A stretch of 64,000 nucleotides of DNA from Gemmatimonadaceae bacterium (lineage in GTDB: Bacteria; Gemmatimonadota; Gemmatimonadetes; Gemmatimonadales; Gemmatimonadaceae): contig JBJMOW010000004.1 in assembly GCA_045803545.1 (NCBI GenBank), positions 608,001-672,000 on the forward strand. The letters run 5' to 3'. A program made the translations under genes and the position numbers. Shown here one piece after another: positions 39,539 to 48,307 of the stretch (the first letter of the stretch is position 1; every line of letters begins with the position of its first letter). The notes under the pieces are model-generated. The model did no database searches. It had not been told where the DNA came from and worked only from the letters and a program-made list of their open reading frames with translations.

Positions 39539-39668
39539 GGCTAACGCCCAGTTCAGCTGCGAGCGCTGTCCCATTTGAGCGAGACAAACTAAACCTCGTT
39601 AAGGGTCGAAGAGCGATCAACCCTAATTCCTTGAAGCGAGCGCTCGTCTGCTGCAACTACCGTTAGGA
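39539..39668 (-). repeat. attC site
   Basis: GGCTAAC...GTTAGGA. Confidence 0.9.
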
Positions 39669-40169
39669 AGCGTGGTCACCGATGCGTCGGGGTGGCTCCC
39701 CTTTCTTGCGGAATGCCACGCCAATAATACTCCCGAAGAAAATGCTCAACGCTGCGAGGAAAACGTAATCGACTTTATCCATCGCCTGGAACAGTGCGTG
39801 CGACTTCCGGTTCGTATCGAGGTGAAAAATCACCCACAGATACGGCGCTGCCGTAACTATCCCAGCGAGGTAAGGACCGGGTGTTCCAGCTCGTTTCACG
39901 TAGCGGCCGATCAGAGTATATGACACACCGGCAAGCGCGCCGGCAGCGATGGCCGTGAGCAAAAACCCGGCGCCGTTAGTCAGGTCAGCCAGTGGCGTAC
40001 TACTCGTCAACAGGACATAGACGATCGCTATAGGAATTATGATGAGAGCGCCGCGCGCGCCCATAAAGAGGAGTATTACCGCGGCGCCGTACGCGATCGG
40101 CTGGAAAAATTCCGGCAGCGTCTTAATTCGGCGCTCGAGCGCTTCTCCGAACGAAATGATGTCAGCCAT
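39663..40169 (-). CDS. Membrane protein (cassette)
   Basis: Multi-TM; stop in R''. Confidence 0.65.
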   Translation of the reverse strand: MADIISFGEALERRIKTLPEFFQPIAYGAAVILLFMGARGALIIIPIAIVYVLLTSSTPLADLTNGAGFLLTAIAAGALAGVSYTLIGRYVKRAGTPGPYLAGIVTAAPYLWVIFHLDTNRKSHALFQAMDKVDYVFLAALSIFFGSIIGVAFRKKGEPPRRIGDHAS

Positions 40170-40190
40170 ACATGAATGCCCGTTGACGCT

Positions 40191-40319
40191 ACCTAACGCC
40201 CCTGTTCTGCTGCGAGCGATCTGCTCAACATGCGCGATGGAATTTGTGCCGCGCAAGATCTCGACAGCCGCACAACCCAACGATTATCACGCGCTCGTCT
40301 GCAGCAACTACCGTTAGCC
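40191..40319 (-). repeat. attC site
   Basis: ACCTAAC...GTTAGCC. Confidence 0.9.
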
Positions 40320-40595
40320 AGCGGCGAGAACCGCTCGACGTAGCGACTGTGGAAGTGCGATAGAAGCAAACAGCGAAGCTGGATACAGGTAATCCTCGCC
40401 GGATTCGTCGATTACTCGAAGCTGGTTGTGCGATGCAGCATCAGAATCAGGCAGCACCTCGTAGATCTTTCGCGGCTCGAGAGATACTTCGTAGCCATCG
40501 TTTCGCAGACAAAGCACAATGCTGCGAGAGCGCGTTGATGCCGACTTCTTCCGGCGACGCGGTTTAGTCGAGGTAGCGTTTGATTTTGTACTCAT
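40314..40595 (-). CDS. Hypothetical protein, putative antitoxin/immunity (two-gene cassette)
   Basis: SLExRKIY and RVIDESGEDYLYP; overlaps the upstream basic ORF. Confidence 0.7.
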   Translation of the reverse strand: MSTKSNATSTKPRRRKKSASTRSRSIVLCLRNDGYEVSLEPRKIYEVLPDSDAASHNQLRVIDESGEDYLYPASLFASIALPQSLRRAVLAAG

Positions 40596-40797
40596 GTCTG
40601 CCGATGCCGGTGGCTTCGTACCAGTGAAGTTCTGCTCGGCGCACCGAGCCATCCTCGAGTCTTACCCTAGCAGTACCTTTGCGTTTCCGCCAGCGTCCGC
40701 GACCGTAGGCACGTTGTAAGCGCCTTAGCTCTCTGATTCGGTTGCCGACGGCGATCGTTTCTATATTTGAGAGACGATCTAGGATCTCAAAGTCCAC
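40564..40797 (-). CDS. Small basic protein, putative toxin (two-gene cassette)
   Basis: 77 aa, Arg-rich; WRKRKG and AELHWYE..GIG motifs. Confidence 0.7.
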   Translation of the reverse strand: MDFEILDRLSNIETIAVGNRIRELRRLQRAYGRGRWRKRKGTARVRLEDGSVRRAELHWYEATGIGRHEYKIKRYLD

Positions 40798-40831
40798 AAC
40801 TAAAGCTATTCTGGCCGGCTCTATTTCGTCT

Positions 40832-40959
40832 GGCTAACGCCCCAGTTCTGCTGCGAGCGATCTGCCTTCAACGCGCATTAAGAGCTCCAAAGCAGCATAC
40901 TTGCTAGCCGAGAAACCCAACGACTATCAAGCGCTCGTCTGCTGCAACTACCGTTAGGT
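40832..40959 (-). repeat. attC site
   Basis: GGCTAAC...GTTAGGT. Confidence 0.9.
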
Positions 40960-40968
40960 GGTGCGCGG

Positions 40969-41517
40969 TTAGTGGCCGATCGTATCACAGTGGGGCAACG
41001 GTTCAAGCTTAGCTATTGTTGCCTCGATGGGCTGGTTAAGAAACTCATTTTCCATTCGTGCGCGAAATGCAGATGCTGCGGGTTCGCCTGCAGCGTCCGA
41101 ACCTCCATTTCCGACAAATACGTGAACCTGCGTGATAAGCGCGCGGCGCTTCGCCCCTTGGATGGCGATCGGCGCGTATCTCACTTTTTGCAGCGACGCG
41201 CAAACGGAACGCTCGAACTCCGGCCTGTCCGTCTGAAGAAAAGATGCAGTGCCAAGTTCTACATGCCCGGTTGTGTCGACGACGAACGCTTCCACGACTG
41301 CGCCGTTGATCAAACTTCCGTCAAAGCCGCGGGGATACTTCGGAAAGGCCGGTTCTAATAAACCAGACGTGTCAGCCTTAGCTGCGACAATCGATGTGGG
41401 GTCGCGAAAACGTAGCTGCCCTGGTCCAGGCGCCGCAAATACTTCTATGCGCTGGTTCGCGCATGCGTTACTAGCAAGGAGGAATGAGAGAAGGACCCAT
41501 CGGTGAGATCTGTTCAT
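40969..41517 (-). CDS. Secreted TonB C-terminal-like domain protein (cassette)
   Basis: PKYP..GxV..FVVDTTGxV..RYxP pattern. Confidence 0.7.
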   Translation of the reverse strand: MNRSHRWVLLSFLLASNACANQRIEVFAAPGPGQLRFRDPTSIVAAKADTSGLLEPAFPKYPRGFDGSLINGAVVEAFVVDTTGHVELGTASFLQTDRPEFERSVCASLQKVRYAPIAIQGAKRRALITQVHVFVGNGGSDAAGEPAASAFRARMENEFLNQPIEATIAKLEPLPHCDTIGH

Positions 41518-41540
41518 AACGTCGATTTCCAGTTGCAACC

Positions 41541-41632
41541 ACTTAACGCCTTAGGTCAGCTGCAAGTACGTTACAACCATTGCGACGAAGTCGCATTCGA
41601 GAAGTGCTTGTCCGCTGCAACGATCGTTAGGC
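41541..41632 (-). repeat. attC site
   Basis: ACTTAAC...GTTAGGC, 92-bp class. Confidence 0.85.
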
Positions 41633-41705
41633 GGCGTGGCACGATCACTCGCTTGTGCATTGCTAAGCCACGCAAAGTCCATATTGGCGCCTGTTGAGAG
41701 CGAAT

Positions 41706-42263
41706 CTACAGATTCACGGACTTGAACCGTCGTCGATAACTGAGGTTGCGTCCCGAGACCATGAACACTCCATCGCCGCGATAGTGGACCGTCTGGGGAT
41801 AGCGCGGTGACGTCGCGACGTGAGCCTTCACTACCTCGAAGATGAATAGGCTGTATCGGTTGATCCGACTCCCGTCAACCAATTTGCACTCGAAATTCGC
41901 GTAGCACTCAGCGATAAGCGGCGCCTTTACTTTTGATGCCTTGACGGGTGTAAGGCCAAACGCCTCAAACTTGTCGCCTTTGCCTCCGTGAATGTTACCA
42001 ACACCGATGACCGTGTCGATGAGATCAAACGTCGGAATGTTGATCACGCATTCCTTACTCCGGCGGATTAGCGAAAAGCTGTGGTTTTCGTCCCATATGA
42101 AACAACCGAAGAGCGCGGGCTCAAATCCGAGCATCATGTGCCAGCCCAGAGTCATGACGTTCCGCTCGCCTCGATGGGCGGAGCTGATGAGCACAATAGG
42201 CCCCGGCTCAATGAAGCGCCGGATCTTCGTGAGGGGCAAGCTCCTCTTTTTGTACCTTCTCAT
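41706..42263 (-). CDS. Flavin reductase-like family protein (cassette)
   Basis: PGPIVLIS, ECVINIP, DKF and APLIAEC..FEC motifs. Confidence 0.85.
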   Translation of the reverse strand: MRRYKKRSLPLTKIRRFIEPGPIVLISSAHRGERNVMTLGWHMMLGFEPALFGCFIWDENHSFSLIRRSKECVINIPTFDLIDTVIGVGNIHGGKGDKFEAFGLTPVKASKVKAPLIAECYANFECKLVDGSRINRYSLFIFEVVKAHVATSPRYPQTVHYRGDGVFMVSGRNLSYRRRFKSVNL

Positions 42264-42288
42264 TCTTCCGTCCAAGTCCGGGCAGTCC

Positions 42289-42383
42289 GCCTAACGCCTG
42301 AGTTCAGCTGCGAGCGACCGATCGAACGGCGCTCACATGTGTTCAATAGCACGCGCGCTCGTCTGCTGCAACGTTCGTTAGCT
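42289..42383 (-). repeat. attC site
   Basis: GCCTAAC...GTTAGCT. Confidence 0.9.
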
Positions 42384-42953
42384 AGCGGTGCGATCACATC
42401 CGACAACGAGCACTCGGTCAACAACCGTCGATTTGGGCAAGCCAGCCAAGGCAGCACGATCCCATTTCTCCGGAGGTGCGTCCGATCCACTCTCAGATAA
42501 TTGAAAGCTTAAGCCACAATGCTCAGGGCTCAGCAAAAACACGGCGCCTTCACCGCCCAGCCCTGTTGGCTCTTTCAGCTGCAGAAGGCGTTCGATGGAA
42601 GTACCAACGCCAATTGAATCAGCTGTCTTGAGACTGCGCGACGCAACTTCGATCCTCCAAACGCGTGAGCTATCGATTTCGGCTTCCACAGTATCGTGGC
42701 TAAATGCCACTCTCAGTATTCGTGTTGGCATGCCTTCGCCGCCGAGTTCTGTGTCATCGCTGATAACTCGACATACGCGTTTGATTGAGTCGACGTTACG
42801 GCCAACCACCAATTCACCAATTCCGCGTCCACTCAACACCTCGTTCCCGCACGGCAACGCGAGGGAGGAGCTCGCGGGCAAATTCGCTTGCTCATTCTTC
42901 CCGCTGCACGCGGAGAGGGCCACGACAAAGAGAACGTTGAGAATTCTATTCAT
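42378..42953 (-). CDS. Hypothetical lipoprotein (cassette)
   Basis: LSAC lipobox; TxDSIGVGT motif. Confidence 0.7.
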   Translation of the reverse strand: MNRILNVLFVVALSACSGKNEQANLPASSSLALPCGNEVLSGRGIGELVVGRNVDSIKRVCRVISDDTELGGEGMPTRILRVAFSHDTVEAEIDSSRVWRIEVASRSLKTADSIGVGTSIERLLQLKEPTGLGGEGAVFLLSPEHCGLSFQLSESGSDAPPEKWDRAALAGLPKSTVVDRVLVVGCDRTAS

Positions 42954-42974
42954 CAAGCGGAGGTCCGTCTGGCT

Positions 42975-43072
42975 AGCTAACGCCCAAGTTCAGCTGCGAG
43001 CGACTCTGATGTAGCTGCGATCATATCTAATTCCTTAAAGCGAGCGCTCGCCTGCTGCAACGTTCGTTAGAC
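42975..43072 (-). repeat. attC site
   Basis: AGCTAAC...GTTAGAC, 98-bp class. Confidence 0.9.
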
Positions 43073-43078
43073 GGCGAG

Positions 43079-43762
43079 TCACGACGAAGGTTGGCTAAGG
43101 AGTCGTATCTGGCCCGAAACCTCGAGCCTCACCAGGCGGCAAGGGATTCCTCTCCCGACAAGCCACCGAGACATTATCGGAACCATCTCGGGAGTTTCGA
43201 CTCCGAAAACAAGTCGACCTTCCAGAGCGTCAATAGCCCACATAGTTACATTCACTCCCTGAGCTCGGCCAGGTCGACCGAGAAATTCCATCCAATCGTA
43301 CAACTCGGCATAATCCCATCGTACCTGGTACGGCAGGACCGAGTCCGGATAGCTGGTTGGATAGCGGGACACAGAAAAAGGACCGTGTGGCGCGAGCGTA
43401 TCCAATGCCGCGAGCGCTGCTCGCTTCTGACTCGTGTCACGCATCCACAGCAGTGTCCTGTGTTGGATCGAATCCACCATTGGCCCGAACGTCCATCCTC
43501 CCGGAACTCGGCGCGCGAGCCACACACTGACTTGCTCCGAATCAGAACTATCATGAGGGGCGGCTACAGCATCTGAAGCTCTGACCTTCGGAAGAAATCT
43601 TGGCGACGTTGGACTGCAGTCAGCTGAGGGGTTTACCCAGACGGATGTGTCCTGGTAGGGAGCAGTCGCCTGCTTTGAGTGGCGCGATGCGCAACTCATT
43701 GTAGCGCAAAGCATGGTCGGTAGACCAATGACGCGCATCGCCTCATGTACGTGTCTTCGCAT
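43079..43762 (-). CDS. Hypothetical lipoprotein (cassette)
   Basis: Signal plus Cys; RWDYAELYDW motif. Confidence 0.65.
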   Translation of the reverse strand: MRRHVHEAMRVIGLPTMLCATMSCASRHSKQATAPYQDTSVWVNPSADCSPTSPRFLPKVRASDAVAAPHDSSDSEQVSVWLARRVPGGWTFGPMVDSIQHRTLLWMRDTSQKRAALAALDTLAPHGPFSVSRYPTSYPDSVLPYQVRWDYAELYDWMEFLGRPGRAQGVNVTMWAIDALEGRLVFGVETPEMVPIMSRWLVGRGIPCRLVRLEVSGQIRLLSQPSS

Positions 43763-43779
43763 CAATGCTAGTTCTCGCC

Positions 43780-43907
43780 GTCTAACGCCCAAGTTCTGCT
43801 GCGAGCGACTCTACTATCATAGCGCGAAAGACTCGATCACACGAACACCCGAAGAGGATTCAACCCAACAACTATCAAGCGCTCGTCTGCAGCAACTACC
43901 GTTAGAT
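43780..43907 (-). repeat. attC site
   Basis: GTCTAAC...GTTAGAT. Confidence 0.9.
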
Positions 43908-43925
43908 AGTGAGGCGCGAGATCTC

Positions 43926-44357
43926 TCAATAGCATTCGATGCCACCCTTGCATGGCGGAGCCATTTTCATTCTCACTACAAGAGTGTCTATCGCGCTCGC
44001 GGTCAGATTTCGTTGCTCGGTTTGCGCCATGTAACCGATCCGACGGACTAATACCCTGTAGGAGCCGGGTTCAACGCGACGGATGATGAAACTCCCGCGT
44101 TTATCTGTATAGGCAAAATAGGATCTACCGCTGCTGCTCGGTTGCAGAAGTATTTGCGTCGTTTCAAGCGGAGATCCCGCCGCAGAGTCGAGGACTGCGC
44201 CCACGAGGGCAGCAACGCGTCTTCCGGTGGAATCCCGCGCAATAGAATCCGGATCAACGTGTGGTATGAAGATGTTTGGCGCGAAGAGCGGCGTCGGTCT
44301 GTGCGCACAGGCGGCGACGACGATGAGGATGCCTACAGCTGTAGGGTGATGCCGCAT
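43926..44357 (-). CDS. Lipoprotein with carboxypeptidase regulatory-like domain (cassette)
   Basis: AAC lipobox; GxVLDS and EPGSY..RRIGY motifs. Confidence 0.75.
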   Translation of the reverse strand: MRHHPTAVGILIVVAACAHRPTPLFAPNIFIPHVDPDSIARDSTGRRVAALVGAVLDSAAGSPLETTQILLQPSSSGRSYFAYTDKRGSFIIRRVEPGSYRVLVRRIGYMAQTEQRNLTASAIDTLVVRMKMAPPCKGGIECY

Positions 44358-44393
44358 GAATCTTACAGTTTGTAGAAAGAGCTGCTTCTCACT

Positions 44394-44522
44394 ATCTAAC
44401 GCCCAAGTTCAGCTGCGAGCGATTCTACTATCATAGCGCGAAGACCCTGCACATATGAGCGCTCGAAGGGCGCACAACCCAACGATTTAACCCGCGCTCG
44501 TCTGCTGCAACTACCGTTAGGA
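44394..44522 (-). repeat. attC site
   Basis: ATCTAAC...GTTAGGA. Confidence 0.9.
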
Positions 44523-44524
44523 AG

Positions 44525-45106
44525 CTACTCACGAGATGCTGACTGACTAGCAAGAAACTCCCGAAGTCCTTCAAAGTCCGCGAGCATCCTGAGCTTCCAT
44601 TGTCCATTCACTCTGCGCAGCTCCATAGCCTGCACTCCACGTATTGGTCGCTCGCTAGCTGGCAATCGCCACTGGTACACAACGTACGCTCGGTCGGGTT
44701 CGGGTTGAGCGACACCGTAGATGTTGATGCCTTGAAAGCGATCGAGTGCGGATCCCTGTGAACTTGTCGCGACGAAGAAGGAAAAGAGCCTGGCGTTGAA
44801 GTCGGCGTCTGAGAGAGTACTCAGAACGAGTTGCGTCGGCGTCCCGAGGACACGCACGGCAAGACGGTGCGTGGAATCTTTCTCGAAGATCGGCAGGAAT
44901 GCTGCCTTTGTTCTCGCCAGTTCTTCGGGGTCTGTAAGGCTTGCTGATGTTCTCCAGTCCTTGGCTAGCAGCGCATCGGAGTATCGTTGCACGACCTCCG
45001 ACGGGGTGAGACTCGCCGCTCCAGCGGCTCTGTTTTGCGCAGGTGTTTCACTCGGCGAAATCAACGCGATTGTACTTGCGAGAAGAACTAGACGGCCGCG
45101 TACCAT
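44525..45106 (-). CDS. Hypothetical secreted protein, NTF2-like (cassette)
   Basis: Signal peptide; TPSEVV..Y and LRRVNGQWKL motifs. Confidence 0.65.
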   Translation of the reverse strand: MVRGRLVLLASTIALISPSETPAQNRAAGAASLTPSEVVQRYSDALLAKDWRTSASLTDPEELARTKAAFLPIFEKDSTHRLAVRVLGTPTQLVLSTLSDADFNARLFSFFVATSSQGSALDRFQGINIYGVAQPEPDRAYVVYQWRLPASERPIRGVQAMELRRVNGQWKLRMLADFEGLREFLASQSASRE

Positions 45107-45132
45107 AGGCAAAGAGAATGTGTAGGTAGGCT

Positions 45133-45266
45133 TCCTAACGCCTTGTTCAGCTGCGAGCGACTCTAGCATCTAAGCAGAATAGTATTTCCGCGCCGCAGGC
45201 CAAACGCCTGAAGAGCGATCAACCAAACGACTTTGGCGCGCTCGTCTGCTGCAACTCTCGTTAGGT
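45133..45266 (-). repeat. attC site
   Basis: TCCTAAC...GTTAGGT. Confidence 0.9.
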
Positions 45267-46040
45267 AGCAAAGTGCGGAAGGGTAGAATCTGGCCAATGG
45301 AAATCAATGAAGTGCGAAGGCGAGTTAATGACGACGTGATTGATTCTGTTCGGGTGGTATGACAGAGTTGCGCCTGCCCACACCTCAACGCCTCCTGGCA
45401 TTGTTGGCAGCACCTGCGGTAACGGACTGTCTACGAGATTGAAGAAAAACTTATATCCCCTCCATTCGAAGAGCCCGCCGGCAAGGCCGTGTCCCTCCCA
45501 GATTAGCGGCATGAAGACCAGCCCGCTCAATGGTTTGATCGTGTCGCCAACGCTCGCAGCGGAGTAAAGCCCCATGGGTCTTACGATGGGCGCTTGGCCA
45601 AACGCCGCGGCAACCAGCGACCGCGGCGGCCGATCTCCGTCGTTCCCAAGCGCCCATTGGATATTCCAATCATTAACTAGCGCGAGATTGATTGCCGTTT
45701 TCAGGAACCATCGCTCGAGGAGACTGGCATCAACGCCGAAGCAATGAAGAAACCATTGACGGGATCCCAAGCGACGGCGCGATTCAGTAAGCTTCTCGGC
45801 TGCTTCAAATTCCTCAAATGCGCGTGCGCCGGCTTCATCGACTGGCGACAGGGCGCTGTTGTGATCTCGACAAAGAAACTTGGAGACAATCGCTGCTGTC
45901 CCCACCTCTTTAGGCGTGGTCTTGCACCAAGGGAAGCCGACAACGGAGATCTTGTTGGTTCGCCAAAATGCTTCGGTAACCAGATGCTCTCGGGAGATTT
46001 TTCCACCACAGCCGCCTAGACGGCTCGCCCAACAATTCAT
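45261..46040 (-). CDS. HNH-like zinc-binding nuclease domain protein (cassette)
   Basis: C..C..SREH ... LCxxHNxxLS..D pattern. Confidence 0.65.
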   Translation of the reverse strand: MNCWASRLGGCGGKISREHLVTEAFWRTNKISVVGFPWCKTTPKEVGTAAIVSKFLCRDHNSALSPVDEAGARAFEEFEAAEKLTESRRRLGSRQWFLHCFGVDASLLERWFLKTAINLALVNDWNIQWALGNDGDRPPRSLVAAAFGQAPIVRPMGLYSAASVGDTIKPLSGLVFMPLIWEGHGLAGGLFEWRGYKFFFNLVDSPLPQVLPTMPGGVEVWAGATLSYHPNRINHVVINSPSHFIDFHWPDSTLPHFAT

Positions 46041-46063
46041 TTCTTAACTAATCTGTGTATGCT

Positions 46064-46192
46064 ACCTAACGCCCAAGTTCTGCTGCGAGCGACTCTACTA
46101 TAGTAGCGCGATTCACTTGCATACATGAAACGCCCGAAAGGCGTTCAACCCAATGACTATCAAGCGCTTGTCTGCCGCAACTACCGTTAGGC
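46064..46192 (-). repeat. attC site
   Basis: ACCTAAC...GTTAGGC. Confidence 0.9.
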
Positions 46193-46528
46193 AGTGTGGG
46201 CGTCTTGCGCTTTCCATATGACACCGATCATAGAGGAGCACTGGCGTGCATATGCCACAGCATTGTCTCGCTCGACGGGACCGGCGCTATGAGCTACAGA
46301 GTTCCGGACCCGTCTGAGATCTCCGATCTCTGTTGCGATTTGAGAGCCGAGCAACCGATCGTTACCGATAACTGCTTCGGCTGATCGTCCTACTCTGCAC
46401 TCGATACCTCGTGCGGCGAGATAGTCTCGAACCGTCAGCTCCAAGCGACGGTACCAATCCAGAACGAGCGCGTGTGGCGCTTCGTCAGCCATCACCGAGA
46501 CGTAGTCATCGAAATTGGTTGCGGTCAT
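46187..46528 (-). CDS. HEPN-like protein (cassette)
   Basis: Helical; LRxxRNSVAH (RxxxxH) motif. Confidence 0.65.
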   Translation of the reverse strand: MTATNFDDYVSVMADEAPHALVLDWYRRLELTVRDYLAARGIECRVGRSAEAVIGNDRLLGSQIATEIGDLRRVRNSVAHSAGPVERDNAVAYARQCSSMIGVIWKAQDAHTA

Positions 46529-46547
46529 ACAAACTCCGTGAACAACT

Positions 46548-46676
46548 GTCTAACGCCCAAGTTCAGCTGCGAGCGATCTACTATCAAGCCGCATTGCGAT
46601 TCGTGCTTCAGAAAAACTTGAAAGGCGAGAAACCCAACGACTATCACGCGTTCGTCTGCTGCAACTACCGTTAGGC
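46548..46676 (-). repeat. attC site
   Basis: GTCTAAC...GTTAGGC. Confidence 0.9.
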
Positions 46677-46713
46677 CGCAGTGCGAGCGCAGTTGGTTTT
46701 CGCATGTGTGACT

Positions 46714-47148
46714 TCAATTGCGGAACAAGTTCTCCTGTTGAAATCGCTGCATTGCAGACGAAAGGTTTTGTTCGAGAGCCCAGTAGTTATCAATCGCTCG
46801 ATTCAGCATGTCCACTGCTTCTTCGCGCGCATCGAAGGACACCACACGCGGCTGCTTCTTCACATTCCAATGCTTTAATGCATTCTTGGCAAGGTTTGCC
46901 CGATGAGCGATTTCGCTGCCTTCGATAGACTCGCCTGTGAGATGTTTATGAATCTCGACAGCTGCCTTCTTGATTGTCTCGACTGAGTTCTTCACTCCAT
47001 TTGCGGTGAGAAGCTGGCCGAAAATCTCGTCAGCAGCGCCGCTAAGAGAGATTACAGAGTAATAGTCCTGCCCCTCAAAGTAGAGTCGGAGCGCAGTTTC
47101 GAGTTGAACGAGCGCCATCCCCATTCGGTCATGTTGTGCCAGCGCCAT
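46714..47148 (-). CDS. Hypothetical helical protein, HEPN-like (cassette)
   Basis: QLETALRLYF, LSGAADEI and KNALKH motifs. Confidence 0.65.
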   Translation of the reverse strand: MALAQHDRMGMALVQLETALRLYFEGQDYYSVISLSGAADEIFGQLLTANGVKNSVETIKKAAVEIHKHLTGESIEGSEIAHRANLAKNALKHWNVKKQPRVVSFDAREEAVDMLNRAIDNYWALEQNLSSAMQRFQQENLFRN

Positions 47149-47160
47149 TCCTGTCTGTCG

Positions 47161-47289
47161 GCCTAACGCCCAAGTTCTGCTGCGAGCGATCGACCAGCAA
47201 CGCGCATTATCATTTCTCCACGCACTGCAATCGACAGGCGCACAACCCAACGACTATCAAGCGCTCGTCTGCAGCAACTACAGTTAGGC
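47161..47289 (-). repeat. attC site
   Basis: GCCTAAC...GTTAGGC. Confidence 0.9.
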
Positions 47290-47733
47290 AGGCTGCGGAC
47301 GATGCTTCCTTTCCGCTGTGCCACGACGCTCGTGTAGAATCAGTCGCGTAAAAGCGCCTCCGATAACAGCCGTTGCTGGGATCGCGACAAAAGCGAATAT
47401 TGCAGAGTTGACTACTTGGATGCGGTCGAGAGCGGACAGCCCTCGAGGACTAAGCCTCGGCCAACTTTCTGGCGATATCTGACCCAGGGCGTAAAGTGTT
47501 CCCATACCTGGAAGAAAGAAAAACACTCCAGAGACAACACCCACGCCAAGCGCCAGTGCGAGTGCTGCGGGCCATTCGTGTTTCCTGCGGTCACCCAAGT
47601 AAACCGCAAGCGCTCCGCCTAATACCGGCCATACGAGTGGGTACAAATAGCTTCTTGGGTAAAGAGCGTTGAGGTAGAACAACAATCCGCTAACGGCGCC
47701 TATCAATGCGGCGTCTCTAAAGTTCGATTGCAT
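47284..47733 (-). CDS. Membrane protein (cassette)
   Basis: 4 TM segments; GGAGG SD; stop in R''. Confidence 0.7.
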   Translation of the reverse strand: MQSNFRDAALIGAVSGLLFYLNALYPRSYLYPLVWPVLGGALAVYLGDRRKHEWPAALALALGVGVVSGVFFFLPGMGTLYALGQISPESWPRLSPRGLSALDRIQVVNSAIFAFVAIPATAVIGGAFTRLILHERRGTAERKHRPQPA

Positions 47734-47792
47734 AAAGCCTCCGCGGATCTGTATTAACGTAAAGGCGCCCCGAGAATACCTGCATATGCGCT

Positions 47793-47920
47793 GCCTAACG
47801 CCCCAGTTCTGCTGCGAGCGATCTATTCACCATGCGCGATGGACTCGCCGACGGCAAGATCTCGACAGGCGAACAACCCAACAATTGTCACGCGCTCGTC
47901 TGCAGCAACTATCGTTAGGC
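47793..47920 (-). repeat. attC site
   Basis: GCCTAAC...GTTAGGC. Confidence 0.9.
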
Positions 47921-48178
47921 AGTGGCGCGGACTTCCATCATCGGAAGGTCATTAGGTAACGCACTCCACCGATTAAAGTCTACGTCCGTCGCTTGAGAGA
48001 TTCTCTCGTCGCTTTCGTCTCGCGAGTTCCACGCAGTATTGATGTGGTGGTAGACATGCTGCATGTCGACCCAGTACTCACCGTAGTCGTAGTCCGCAGT
48101 ACTCTCGATTGACTTAATCATTTCGTCCAGAGCTTCGCTGGCTTCCTTTAGTTGCGAAAGAACTTGATTCCGGTTCAT
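47915..48178 (-). CDS. Small acidic hypothetical protein (cassette)
   Basis: 87 aa; HVYHHINTAWNSR; GAGG SD. Confidence 0.7.
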   Translation of the reverse strand: MNRNQVLSQLKEASEALDEMIKSIESTADYDYGEYWVDMQHVYHHINTAWNSRDESDERISQATDVDFNRWSALPNDLPMMEVRATA

Positions 48179-48209
48179 TGGTGCCTCACACGAAATCTCG
48201 ATTTCATCT

Positions 48210-48307
48210 GCCTAACGCCCCAGTTCTGCTGCGAGCGACTCTAATGTAGCTGCGATCATAACTAATTCCTTAAAGCGAGCGCTCGTCTGCAGCAACTACC
48301 GTTAGAC
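48210..48307 (-). repeat. attC site
   Basis: GCCTAAC...GTTAGAC, 98-bp class. Confidence 0.9.
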
